64,000 nucleotides of DNA, taken from Octopus bimaculoides. Lineage: Eukaryota. Where the stretch lies: contig NC_068998.1 of NCBI RefSeq assembly GCF_001194135.2, positions 39,950,422 through 40,014,421 of the forward strand, read 5' to 3'. Positions 1 to 10,517 of this stretch are shown piece by piece. The translations under genes were made by a program, and so were the position numbers. The notes below the pieces were generated by a model that made no database searches, was not told the DNA's origin, and saw only the letters and a program-made list of their open reading frames with translations. Every line of letters starts with the position of its first letter. Position 1 is the stretch's first letter.

Positions 1-230
1 GTCAGACCCATGCAAGCATGGGAAAGTGGACATTAATAGAATGATGAAAATGATGATACTGTAGGGAGGTTTCTACCCCCCACCCAAAGTCCATGAAGTA
101 TTATTTATAAACCTATGGTGTGTCACTATTGACATGCATAGAATGCCATCACAAGTTTGTGGGTGAATGCTGTTGCAACAGTTTCAGAACCCCTAATTTT
201 GTTATAATTTTCTTTATTTATTAATTCCAG

Positions 231-288
231 GTTTCAATTTAAACTATCAAATGTTTATAGATGTTTTATTAAATCCCAACATTTGAAG
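231..288 (+). CDS. Candidate internal exon of plus-strand gene A (xFQFKLSNVYRCFIKSQHLK)
   Basis: Pyrimidine tract tttctttatttattaattccag| at 230 and donor AAG|GTAATA at 288/289. The 58 nt are open only in phase 2->0, which joins exon 3398 in its phase-0 frame. Confidence 0.45.
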
Positions 289-699
289 GTAATATGGTTA
301 AAAAGAGTAAAAAATAGAATTATTGGAAAGTTAAGTGTTAAAAAAATATATATATTATAAAACTGAAATAGAAAATAATATGAACATAAAAAAATATTTT
401 AAAAAAACCCACCAAACCATAAATTTGAATAGATAAACATTTTCATTTCTTTTTAATCAAATTTCATTTGAATTTTCCACTCAAACATTATTTCATTATA
501 TTTTAAGTTTATAAAATACATCTGGGGCTCTCAGTTTCATTATGAACTTCAAATTATGAAACAAAAAAAAAAAAAAAAGGGAAAAGAAAAGGAAACAATC
601 ACAAAAAATTCTTTGATTTTTGGCACTGATATAGCAAATTATTATGCATAATCCCTCTCTCAAGCACCCATGATAAGCTCAAAGAAATTGTGAGCTTCT

Positions 700-890
700 A
701 TGCAATCATTTAACTTGCTAAGAATCACAGTGACATTTCCTCATATTACACCTTACCATTTTAAAAGAAAAAAAGATGTCACAGTGGACAATACAATCCT
801 AGACAAATATCTCTAAAAAGACAAAAGTTCGTGACTGGAATGCTTTTGATCATAAGTCTGCACAGTTAAAGCTCACCTGGGGTTAAATAG
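700..890 (+). mobile_element. Repeat family C copy (GAAATAGCAGCCAAAT ... GACCTGGGGCTAAACAACAAC type, probably a SINE or non-autonomous retroelement)
   Basis: Aligns by eye with many dispersed copies (e.g. near 4030-4240, 16170-16380, 19800-19980, 29930-30300, 41790-42150). Boundaries approximate. Confidence 0.75.
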
Positions 891-914
891 TGACTCACAC
901 AAATACACACTATG

Positions 915-1115
915 ATAGTGTTGCTGTTTAACCTCAGGTCAGCTGTGTCTTAGCAGACACATGATCAAAGGTACTCCAGTTATTTTCAGACATAATGTTG
1001 TGAGGTTTGCATCATCCATTGATAACATTTTTTATATGCTCAGGTATATTTTAAGGGAGATTTGGTTGCTATTTCTAGCAGGCTCTGCAACCACATAGAG
1101 GCTACCTTATTGGTT
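915..1115 (-). mobile_element. Repeat family C copy, inverted relative to 700-890
   Basis: Reverse complement reads cctgctagaaatagcaaccaaatctccct...ctttgatcatgtgtctgct...gctgacctgaggttaaacagcaac. Confidence 0.75.
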
Positions 1116-1404
1116 TATCTGTGACACTTAAGTTGTTGGATGTGGAGACAGATAATGTATTGGAGAACAGAACAACTAATAAATATTTTGTTTATTCCAT
1201 GAGAACTGTTGAAAGATTGGTAGTTTAAAACTTTGTATTGATGCCGTCTAAAGTCATGTCAACTCTCAAACAGCACACAACACTGTGCCATGTACATGTA
1301 CAAACAATTTATCTCAGTGTATGTGAGTATATGCATGCTGTATAGACATAGTGTGTGTATCTGCAAAAGTAGTTAAAGTTGAAAAAAAAAAATTCCAAGA
1401 TAAA

Positions 1405-2880
1405 AGTTCCAATTCATCATAGTCCTCCAGGCAATAATAGAGGAATTCAAGACAGGATGCTCCTGGGAGCTTCTATATGCTGATGACCTTGCTCTTATAG
1501 CTGAGTCACTATCTAAACTAGAGGAGAAGTTTCAGGTATGGAAGCAAGATCTAGAATCGAAGGGCCTTAGAGTCAATCTAGCAAAAACCAAAGTCTTAAT
1601 AAGTAGGAAGGCAGAAAAACCACAAATCCCTTCAGGTAGATGGCCCTGTTCGATCTGTAGAAAAGGCGTAGGTAGAAACTCCATAAGATGTACCCAGTGT
1701 AAGCTATAGACACAAAAGAGGTGCAACAATATTAAAGGAAGGCTAACTGAGAAGATAGTTTTTGTGTGTCGTAAATGCTCAGGGGCAATAAATACTGAAA
1801 ATGTGCAGGAAACAGCTTCCATCACATTCCAGGGGGAAAAATTACAAGTAGTTGATAGCTTCTGTTACCTCAGTGACCAAGTCAGTAGCGGGGGTGGATG
1901 CACTGAGAGTGCAGCTGCAAGAAGTAACAATAGTTCAGAGAGTTCCTACCACTGTAGTCAACAAAGGCCTCACACTCAGAGTAAAAGGTAGACTGTATGA
2001 CGCATGTGTGCAAACAGCCATGTTACATGGTAGTGAAACATGGGCCATAGCTACTGAGGACATATGTAAGCTTGCAAGGAATGAAGCTAGTATGCTCCAC
2101 TGGATATGTAATGTCAGTGTGCATACACAACAAAGTGTAAGCACCCTGAGAGAAAAGTTGCACATAAGAAGCATGAAATGCGGTGTGCAAGAGAGACGAC
2201 TGCACTGTTATGGTCATGTGTTGCATATGGATGAGGACAGCTGTGTGAAAAAGGGTCACACCCTAGCAGTAAAGGGAACCTGTGGAAGAGGTAGACCCAG
2301 GAAGACCTGGGATGAGGTGGTGAAGCATGACCTTTGAACGTTAGGCCTCACTGAAGTGATCACAAGTGACTGAGACCTTTGGAGATATGCAGTGCTTGAG
2401 AAGACCTGGCAAGCCAAGTGAGACCGAAACCTTGGCCTATGCCAGCGCAGCATAACTTGTCCATTTAAGAGTACCCTTCAATCATTGGGCAATAATCTGC
2501 ACTTGCAAAGACCTGTTGAGTCAAGTGAAGTCATTGTCATGGCCAATGATAGTATCGCCTGAATGGCACTTGTGCCAGTGGCACGTAAAAAGCACCATTC
2601 GAGCATGGTCGCTGCCAGTGCCGCCTGACTGTCTCCCATACTTGTGACATGTAAAAAGCACCATCCAAGCATGGTTGATGCCAGTACCACCTGACTGGCA
2701 TGTAAAAAGCACCCATTACACTCTCGGAGTGGTTGGCATTAGGAAGGGCACCCAGCTATAGAAACTTTGCCAGATCGGATTGGAGCCTAGTGCAGCCTTC
2801 TGGCTTGCCAGCCCTCAGTCAAACTGTCCAAACCATGCCAGCATGGAAAGTGGACATCAAATGACGATGATGATGATGAT
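1405..2880 (+). mobile_element. 5'-truncated RTE-clade LINE: RT C-terminal half, 3' UTR and (GAT)n tail; disrupted
   Basis: Translates as FIIVLQAIIEEFKTGCSWELLYADDLALIAES (YADD at 1476-1487)...GLRVNLAKTKVL...VDSFCYLSD...KGRLYDACVQTAMLHGSETW...RRLHCYGHVLHM...GRGRPRKTWDEVVKHDL, the usual RTE C-terminal motifs. Contains an in-frame TAG, a frameshift near 1925 and a tail ending tgatgatgatgat. Confidence 0.93.
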
Positions 2881-3397
2881 CTTTACAAAAATTATTTCAT
2901 TTATATCTTAAAATCATGTTACCTGTCTTTCCGTCTCCTCTTCCAACACCTTTTCTCTGTCTTTCACACACAATACATGAACTTTATACTCTCAAACCCT
3001 AGTTCCATATGGAATTTCACAAAGAAATAATGTATAAAAGAAAGCTCAAGATACAACATCCCTCTTCTAAACAAAGATCTATGAATTTTGATCAACTGTG
3101 ATCAAACTCCTACCTCCTAACTCATATCACATTAGGTCAGTTCAACCAGGACTGACCAAGGGTTAAACAACAACGATAGTAACAATAACACAAACACACA
3201 GAATATTCTCTGCTGAAGCAGAACTACTATTTTCCAGGCTACATTTTATTTTCTAACATTGCTCTCAATGTTGGTGAGGTGTCTACAGAATCCATTCTAC
3301 CTACAACTCATCTTTCATGGCTAACAACAGGATGTTAATATTTCATGTTATACTGCCTCAAAATCTCATTTCTCCATTCCTCAAACTTCATTTTCAG

Positions 3398-3486
3398 TGT
3401 CAGGGAGATTGGAGTCCTGCAAATTCTATAGACACTATGATTGGCAGCAAATGTGGTTCACTTATGTTATGTCAAGAAACTGTAAA
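3398..3486 (+). CDS. Candidate exon of gene A, open in two frames (CQGDWSPANSIDTMIGSKCGSLMLCQETVK or xSGRLESCKFYRHYDWQQMWFTYVMSRNCK)
   Basis: Acceptor ttcattttcag| and consensus donor AAA|GTAAGT. 89 nt of unique sequence with coding-like composition. Confidence 0.6.
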
Positions 3487-3797
3487 GTAAGTGACCAATA
3501 CCATTCTCCTATGTATGTTCCTTCACATTTCTCAACTAACAAAAGATTACAACATCCAAAACCTCTGTGCAAACTCTACAAGTGAAGAAAAATTCATACA
3601 ACACTTACAATCCCAAAGATAGAAATATTCACTCTCTAATGTAATACCCGAACAATTTACAATCAGATAAACAAAGGATGCCTTTGGGTACTGCATGCAC
3701 TGTTAGTTCTCTTATCCTTGAAATTGCAGTTGGAGCTTCATGTCTCTTGTCAAGAGAATCTCTGCTAACTTTATAACATTCTTCTAATTACTTGCAG

Positions 3798-3844
3798 ACA
3801 TTCCTGAGAATGAAAGATTTTCTGGTCCCCACAGATTCAACAAG
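3798..3844 (+). CDS. Candidate exon of gene A (KHS* ending at 3807, or TFLRMKDFLVPTDST[S/R])
   Basis: Branch-like CTAAT then tacttgcag| acceptor; 311-nt intron from 3487; possible donor AAG|GTGACT at 3844/3845. Confidence 0.55.
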
Positions 3845-3904
3845 GTGACTAGTCCTGATTGTCCTTTCTATTTTCTGTGTTCCTTAGTGTTCTGTGTTCC
3901 ATAG

Positions 3905-3948
3905 CGAACCAGTGTCTAACACCACAAAATCTATGGAAACACGCAACA
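3905..3948 (+). CDS. Weak candidate exon (EPVSNTTKSMETRN, phase 2->1)
   Basis: Acceptor ttctgtgttccatag| and donor ACA|GTGAGT. It requires an intron of only 60 nt from 3845. Confidence 0.3.
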
Positions 3949-4538
3949 GTGAGTCTCATTTTCAAGAAAGATAACTCTTGAAGTCTTGTCAATCATGTTA
4001 TTACCATCTTTAGTTCCATCAAACACGAGTCAAGAAGAGAGCCTCCACATGGTTGCTCAACCTTCTAAAAATAGAGCCAAATGTCTCTAAATTATATCTT
4101 AGCCTCTTAAAAAAAGAAAAATACATTATGTAATGTATTCCTATGTACTCTTAGAAGATGGGATGCCCATGGGTGGAATGCATTTGATCACAAGTCTGTT
4201 GGTTCAGGGCTAACCTACAGTTAAACAGAACCAGCAATATTTCAAACAATTGTAAATATGACCTCAAGTCTCAGACACTAGTGGTTTAACAAACTAATGA
4301 TGAAGCCTCAACAGAATCACACCACCTGCTAGAAATAATATACAAATTTCTTTCAACAATCTTAAGACTGGACACACTGCACAATGTAGTTCAAGATATA
4401 TTATGTCTGAATAAAAAATGGGATGGTTACCACTAGAACACAATTTATCACTAAAATACCAATACTACTGACTCACCTTTGCAAATTACCTTACACCCCA
4501 ACTACATATACACATATACCTACGTATGTGTGTGTATA

Positions 4539-4575
<37 letters not shown>

Positions 4576-4589
4576 CTTGATGCCAATGC

Positions 4590-4775
4590 TTTGCAACTGG
4601 CACCCATGCTGTTGGCTCGTAAAAAGTACCTACTAGATTCTTGGAGTCGGTGGCGTTAGGAAAGGCATCCAGCTGTAGAAACCATGCCAAATCAGACTGG
4701 AAACTAGTCAGTTTTCAGTCAAACCGTCCAACCCATGCCAGCATGGAAAATGGACATTAAATGATGATGATGATA
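4590..4775 (+). mobile_element. RTE LINE 3'-end fragment with (GAT)n tail
   Basis: Matches 2700-2880 (ggttggcattaggaagggc..cagctgtagaaac...ccatgccagcatggaaa..ggac.ttaaatgatgatg). Confidence 0.85.
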
Positions 4776-5879
4776 TATGTGTGTGTGTGTGCAGTACATA
4801 TATGATAAAAACAGCAACCTAATTTTGTTGTTTGTGATCACCAGAATAGCAATAACAAAAAAAAAAATCCCACCAAAACATGTTCAGTTGTGAAAGCCTG
4901 TTGTCCACTAGATGTCAATGTGGTAACATGAGAAGAAAAAGAATACATGAAAAAATAGTACATGAATGGATCATTGAATAGGTGTTTACAAATCCAGTAC
5001 TCAAAATAGACTTTCAGCTTTAGACCTATTATCTATCAGTGGGAAAACAGGATATGAAATCTACTTGAATTCTTAGAGAGATTATGTTACCCTCTAATTC
5101 ATAAAAACAAGACAGTATCACCTTTATTTATTCATTCATTTTCTTTTTTTTTTTCTTGTTCCTCTTTTCTTTATAAACTTGCCACTGGAGAGATAACTGG
5201 TTAAAATAATTGCTAACAGATCCATTCAGACAGCAGGTAACACACACATCTATCTATGTATGTATGTACACACATAAATACATATGTGCTACACATCTAG
5301 ATATGTGTGTGCAAACACACTTTTGCACACATACACATAAATATGTAAGAACTTCATGCATTTACAATGGTATAACATTTTTTTTTCTGAACATGGTTGC
5401 AGTCAGTGGACTGCAGCCATACTGCATCTTTTGTTTTGAACTTGCTGAATTTGGGCATGTGATATGTTTTACCATTATTGGCATCTCTTATAATAATGCA
5501 ATTTCATTCAGGATCTAAAACAGCTGAATGTCGAAACATTGTTGTTTGACTTTAAGTCTGCCTGATCAATAGTGTTCTCACAATGACCAAACTGTCCATT
5601 TTGCACATAGAATATCCTACATTACATTACATTATGCAATGAGTTCTTTATTAAGATGGCTAAGTATAATTTAAGGGAGATTTAGTTTCTATTTCTAACA
5701 AACCAAGTGACCACACAGATTTTTAGAGATACTGAAGTGAGGTGTTTCTCTGAACTTGAAACTACTGCAGTGTTTGCTCCAAAATCTGTTAAGGAGGGAG
5801 AAACATCTGGTTTTGTTCTTTACTTTGTCTTAGGCATCACAGCTAAGGCCATACTGGAGTATGACTTTATTCATATGTA

Positions 5880-6002
5880 TTTTATATAAACATACACAGA
5901 CACATATGCATCCACATAAATAAGCACAACACATATATATGCACATATACCTGTACATATAGACATATATAGCTATAGACATAAATGTATACACACACAT
6001 TA

Positions 6003-6066
<64 letters not shown>

Positions 6067-6113
6067 TTACAATTAAAAGGGTAAAGGATTATCAATTTAT
6101 TAATAAATTATTA

Positions 6114-6154
<41 letters not shown>

Positions 6155-6387
6155 TACACATCTACTCATACATGTTTTCATATAGATGTACATACATTAC
6201 TTTCATATGCATTTAGAAATATAGATGCATATATACATTCATATATACTTGAGCAGATGCATGCACACACATGTACACACTTAGACACATTAACATATGC
6301 ATGCATGCAGAGAGACTTTACAGACTACTTCCAAAAAATGTACACCCACCCATCATCCAAATATATTTGTATATTTACATACATATG

Positions 6388-6428
<41 letters not shown>

Positions 6429-6500
6429 GTATGTATATACGCATACATATAAGTGTGTATAGATATATATGAGTATGTATTTATATACATGTGTGCATGT
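5880..6500. repeat. Compound (TA)n/(CA)n/(TG)n/(TACA)n microsatellite field
   Basis: Seen directly. Similar fields lie at about 26720-27090, 44850-45240, 49280-49490 and 53990-54065. Confidence 0.95.
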
Positions 6501-6753
6501 ATGGGTATATATATTTATTCACCTTTCCTATCAAATCAATTTAAGATAGCTGGAAACAAAATAATACAGGAACAAGGAGGAAGGAGGCAGAAAGAGAATT
6601 TCTTGCTTTTTTTTTTTTTTTCCAATTGTATTTTTGGCAATTCCAGTGATATAAAATAAACCAACCAAAGAACCATTAGTTACTTGTAGCCATTCAGCCA
6701 TTTGGTGGCATGGAGTGGGGTGGGGGTAAAGTTTTGTATCTAGTTTTTTGGTT

Positions 6754-6784
<31 letters not shown>

Positions 6785-7619
6785 TTAAATTCATGTTTGG
6801 TGATGGTGTTGGGAAGTTTTATGGCTACATAAACTGCAAGTCCTAACTGAGGCAGGTGTGGTGTAGACAAGACTGTTTTTAGATATATAATGATATAATG
6901 TATATTTTGCAGTAGGGGAAATAAAATAGAAATAGATTTTTCATGATAAACCATATATCAGAACCTGAAACGAAACTTATTCCGTTGGAACTGAAACTTG
7001 AAAGAAAAACAAAAGAGAAAATAGAAAAAGAAAGGAAAAACAAACAAAAAAACATCAAAGATTAAATGAAAAACAAAAGTAAAACCACAACAAAGAAACA
7101 TAAATGCACACATACATACACATGAATACACAGATGCGTATATATGTACTAAAATTCGAGAATCTCTATATAGTCATTCAATCTGTCAGAAATAGCAGCC
7201 AATACTTCATCATACAAAACTTCCACTAACATAAAGGCCACATAGGATACCATAGTACTAGTGACAGCTAAAACGAGGAGATGGTCGTGGCTGGATTGTC
7301 TTTGGTCATAAGTATGTTCAATAAGAGTTGATAGTGACAACATAGATATATTCAATCATTCATTTTCATATCCATTTATTTCATGCTTGTATGGGTTATA
7401 TTATTATTATTTGATAGAATTGGTAGTATTGTGAACAAAATACCTTATGGTATTGAGTTGTTGCTCTTTTACATTCTGAGTTCAAATCTTGCCAAGATCG
7501 ACTTTGTGTTTCATTTTTATGGGGTCAATTAAAAAACATACAAGTTCTACGGTTGACATAAACTACACTTTCCCCTCCACAAAAATTTGTAGCCTTGAGT
7601 TAATCTAAAAGATAAAAAC

Positions 7620-8500
7620 TTTCTCAAATTTTGGCACAAAGTCAACTATTTTAGGGAGAGGGAATCAGTTGATGTAATCAACCTCAGTTCTGGTACTTGT
7701 TTTAATGACTTTGAAAGGATGAAAACCAAAATTGTCTTTGACAGAATTTGAACTCAAGACATAAAGAGTCAGAAGAAATGGCACTAAGCACATTGTTTGG
7801 CATGCTAACAATTCTGCCTGCCAGCTTGCAGCCTTAAAGAAATTAATAACAATTGTTTCTGATTTAGGTACAAGGCCAGCAATTTTGAGGGAGTGTGATA
7901 GTTGAAACCATCGACTCTAGTACTAGACTCATACTTTATTTCATTGACTCCTAGAATGATGAAAGACAAAGTTTACCACAGCAGGATTTGAACTCAAAAG
8001 AGCTGAAACACATACTGCAATGCATTATTTCTGATGCTCTAATGTTTCTGTCAATCCATGCTTTTAACTGTTTCTGAGATAGGCACAAGGCCAGCAATTC
8101 TAAGGGAAGGGTTAGCTGAAACCATCAACTCTGGTACTTCATTTATACTATATTTTATCAATCCCCAGAGAAATGAAAGACAAAGTTGACCTCAGTGGAA
8201 TTTGAATCTAGAACATAAAAAACTGTAACAAATGCCACAATGCATTATTTCCAATGTTCTAATGATTCTGCCAAGGTCAATTGGTACAAGGTCAATTGGT
8301 ACAAGGTCAACAATTTTAGTGGGAGTGGGGATAGTCAATTATATTGACTCCAATGCTCAAATCAATTGATACCTATTTTATGGAACCTGCAAGGATGAAA
8401 GGCAAAGTTGATTTTGGCAGAATTTGAACTCAGAACATAAAAAGTTGGAAGAAATGCCACTAAACATGCTAATGATTCCGCCAGTTTACTGCAATAATAA
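7620..8500 (-). mobile_element. Head-to-tail array of about 4 tRNA-derived SINEs (family B)
   Basis: Unit of about 210-230 bp: ggcacaaggcc.gcaatttt...ggatgaaaggcaaagttgac...gaatttgaactcagaac...ctaa.gattctgcc. The minus strand has the B-box-like GAGTTCAAATTC. Confidence 0.85.
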
Positions 8501-9270
8501 TAGTAATGAAAGAAACCAATAGAATAAGTGCCAAACTTAAAAAAAGTAAAAAGAAGTACCGGGGTCAATTTGTTCAGTTAAAACCAATCAAGGTAGTGCC
8601 CCAGCATGGCTGCAGTCTAATGACTGAAACAAGTAAAAGATAAAAAGATACACACACATGCACATTCAAAGTAGATGATTCACCTTTGTGCATTCTTTCT
8701 GGCCACAATATTTTTGTCAACAGAACAAATGCACAAAAAAACAAGACACTCTGAGTACTGTCAAAGCGAATCATCAGCTTCAAACAAATATGAACAGCAT
8801 ACTTTTTCACCCATTTGTACATCTAAACTGGCATTCTTATGTGTGTGTGTATACATATGAAAGAGTGGACAGATGAAAGAAATTGGCATTCAACATATTA
8901 CGTAGGAGTTACATATAACAGCAAGACTATCATTAAAAATATAAGTAACTCCTTCCATATATATATATATATATATATGGGGAGGAGTGAGGTGGAAGAT
9001 AAACAAATGCAGTGAAGGGTGGTGGTGGTAATTGCGCATGTGTTTTTGTCAACTGACAAGGATTTATTTTCTTCTTTCCTCTCTCATATGCAACCATCTT
9101 CACGTTATTTATTCTCTAGCATCACACACCTGAACCCTAGCTAAGGAAGGCAAGAAGTAGAGATGAGAGTGAAAGCAAGGGGAGGAGGGAAAAGAAGAAG
9201 CAGTAAAGCCCTTAAAGCTATTCTGCCTGAGCTTGACAGTCTTGAAGTAGCAGTATAGCAATAGCTGACA

Positions 9271-9272
<2 letters not shown>

Positions 9273-9349
<77 letters not shown>
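9273..9349. repeat. Perfect (GA)n microsatellite, about 38 units
   Basis: Seen directly. Confidence 0.99.
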
Positions 9350-9351
<2 letters not shown>

Positions 9352-10332
9352 AATGAGAGTAACCAAGACAAGTGACCTTGAATGTCCTTTTACATTTGCA
9401 ACAAGACTTATTACACAATAGCCTTAATCAACTTGTCTTTTATTCTGATGTATTTAAGAGGGTTTTTCCAGATTAAACGTTACACTTATGACAATAAAAG
9501 AAACAAGCAGGAAACATCAACCAATATATTTTCACCAAGAAAGCAGGGAAGAGGAAGGATGGTAAAAATACAATAACCCCTGGATATTATAGAGAGGTGA
9601 GGGTAATGCTGGTGGAGAGGAAGATGATGAAGAGAAAATATCAATCAAAAAGTAGATATTAGATGACTTGTTAGGATACTGAGGTGTACAAGTAAAAGGG
9701 GTAATGCTACATAACTTGATGTTGTTGATGATGTGGTTGTTTATCTTCAGGGTAGCTTAACTGAGCAAACCTATGAGAAAAAACATTGTGACCATCCTGT
9801 CTTTTTAGTTAGGGATATATAGGAGTATTTCACCTAATGTCTCTTCCTCTCATTTTTGTTTACAAGATTATAAGATAAGAGAGACATAGCTGTTATTTCC
9901 AGCCGGTTAAGCAACCACAGAGAGGTTGATTTGGTTCATTTCATATCCTAGTGGAGAATCAGCAGAAAAATAATCTTGTAGGGTTTTATTAAAGCTGTTT
10001 AGGCTTCATTCTTCAGAGGTCAACAAAATAAGCACTGGGGTCTATGGAATTGCCAACACCCTAGCAGGGTTGGGATGGGGGAAGCCCCAATGTCCCCACA
10101 GTCCAATGATAAAAAAATGAGTAAGGATAGTCCATTTAAATGCAATTTTATTTATTTCATAATGAGGAGAGAAAAGAGAATATCCATGGCCCTTTGCAGG
10201 GCTTCCAAGACAGGTGGGAGAAAGGAAAATATTATCCTTAGACCAGAGACCTGACCTAAATGCTTCAGTAAAATAAAATGGACTCTGCTGAAAGCACGCA
10301 AGAGTCAGACAATGGTGTTAAACTGGCAGTGG

Positions 10333-10517
10333 TTTAGCCCTATGGCATTCAGATTATTCTGTCAAAGGTAATGCTTATTTATTTGCGATTTCAATGATGT
10401 AACTATATTTTTTGACATTGTTAAGTAGGTGTGAGAGGCCAGATCTGGCCAGATTGAACATAAAACAAGTAGAAAATTTTGGACCAAATATGGCTGGTTT
10501 AAATGCTAGAGGATTAA
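10333..10517. mobile_element. TTAA-ended MITE (piggyBac/Kolobok-like ends); related copies at 12530-12755 (inverted) and 51646-51872
   Basis: Shared core gtgagaggccagat..ggcca.tttgaacataaaaca..tagaa. Ends resemble TTAACCCTTTAGCATT / AATGCTAAAGGGTTAA (51646 ttaagcctttaacatt; 51857-51872 aatgctaaatggttaa). Confidence 0.7.

Noticed and set aside
5985-6659. ORFs rich in Y/I/H/T/C/V (also at 26673-27096, 44317-45216, 49123-49501, 53835-54199, 55542-55934)
   Set aside because: They are translations of (TA)n/(CA)n/(TG)n microsatellites and have no coding signature.
7620-8500. CRISPR-like repeat-spacer array
   Set aside because: The units are whole SINEs of about 220 bp without unique spacers, in a eukaryotic context with no cas genes.
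9109-9418. LSLSLS ORFs
   Set aside because: Translation of the (GA)n repeat.
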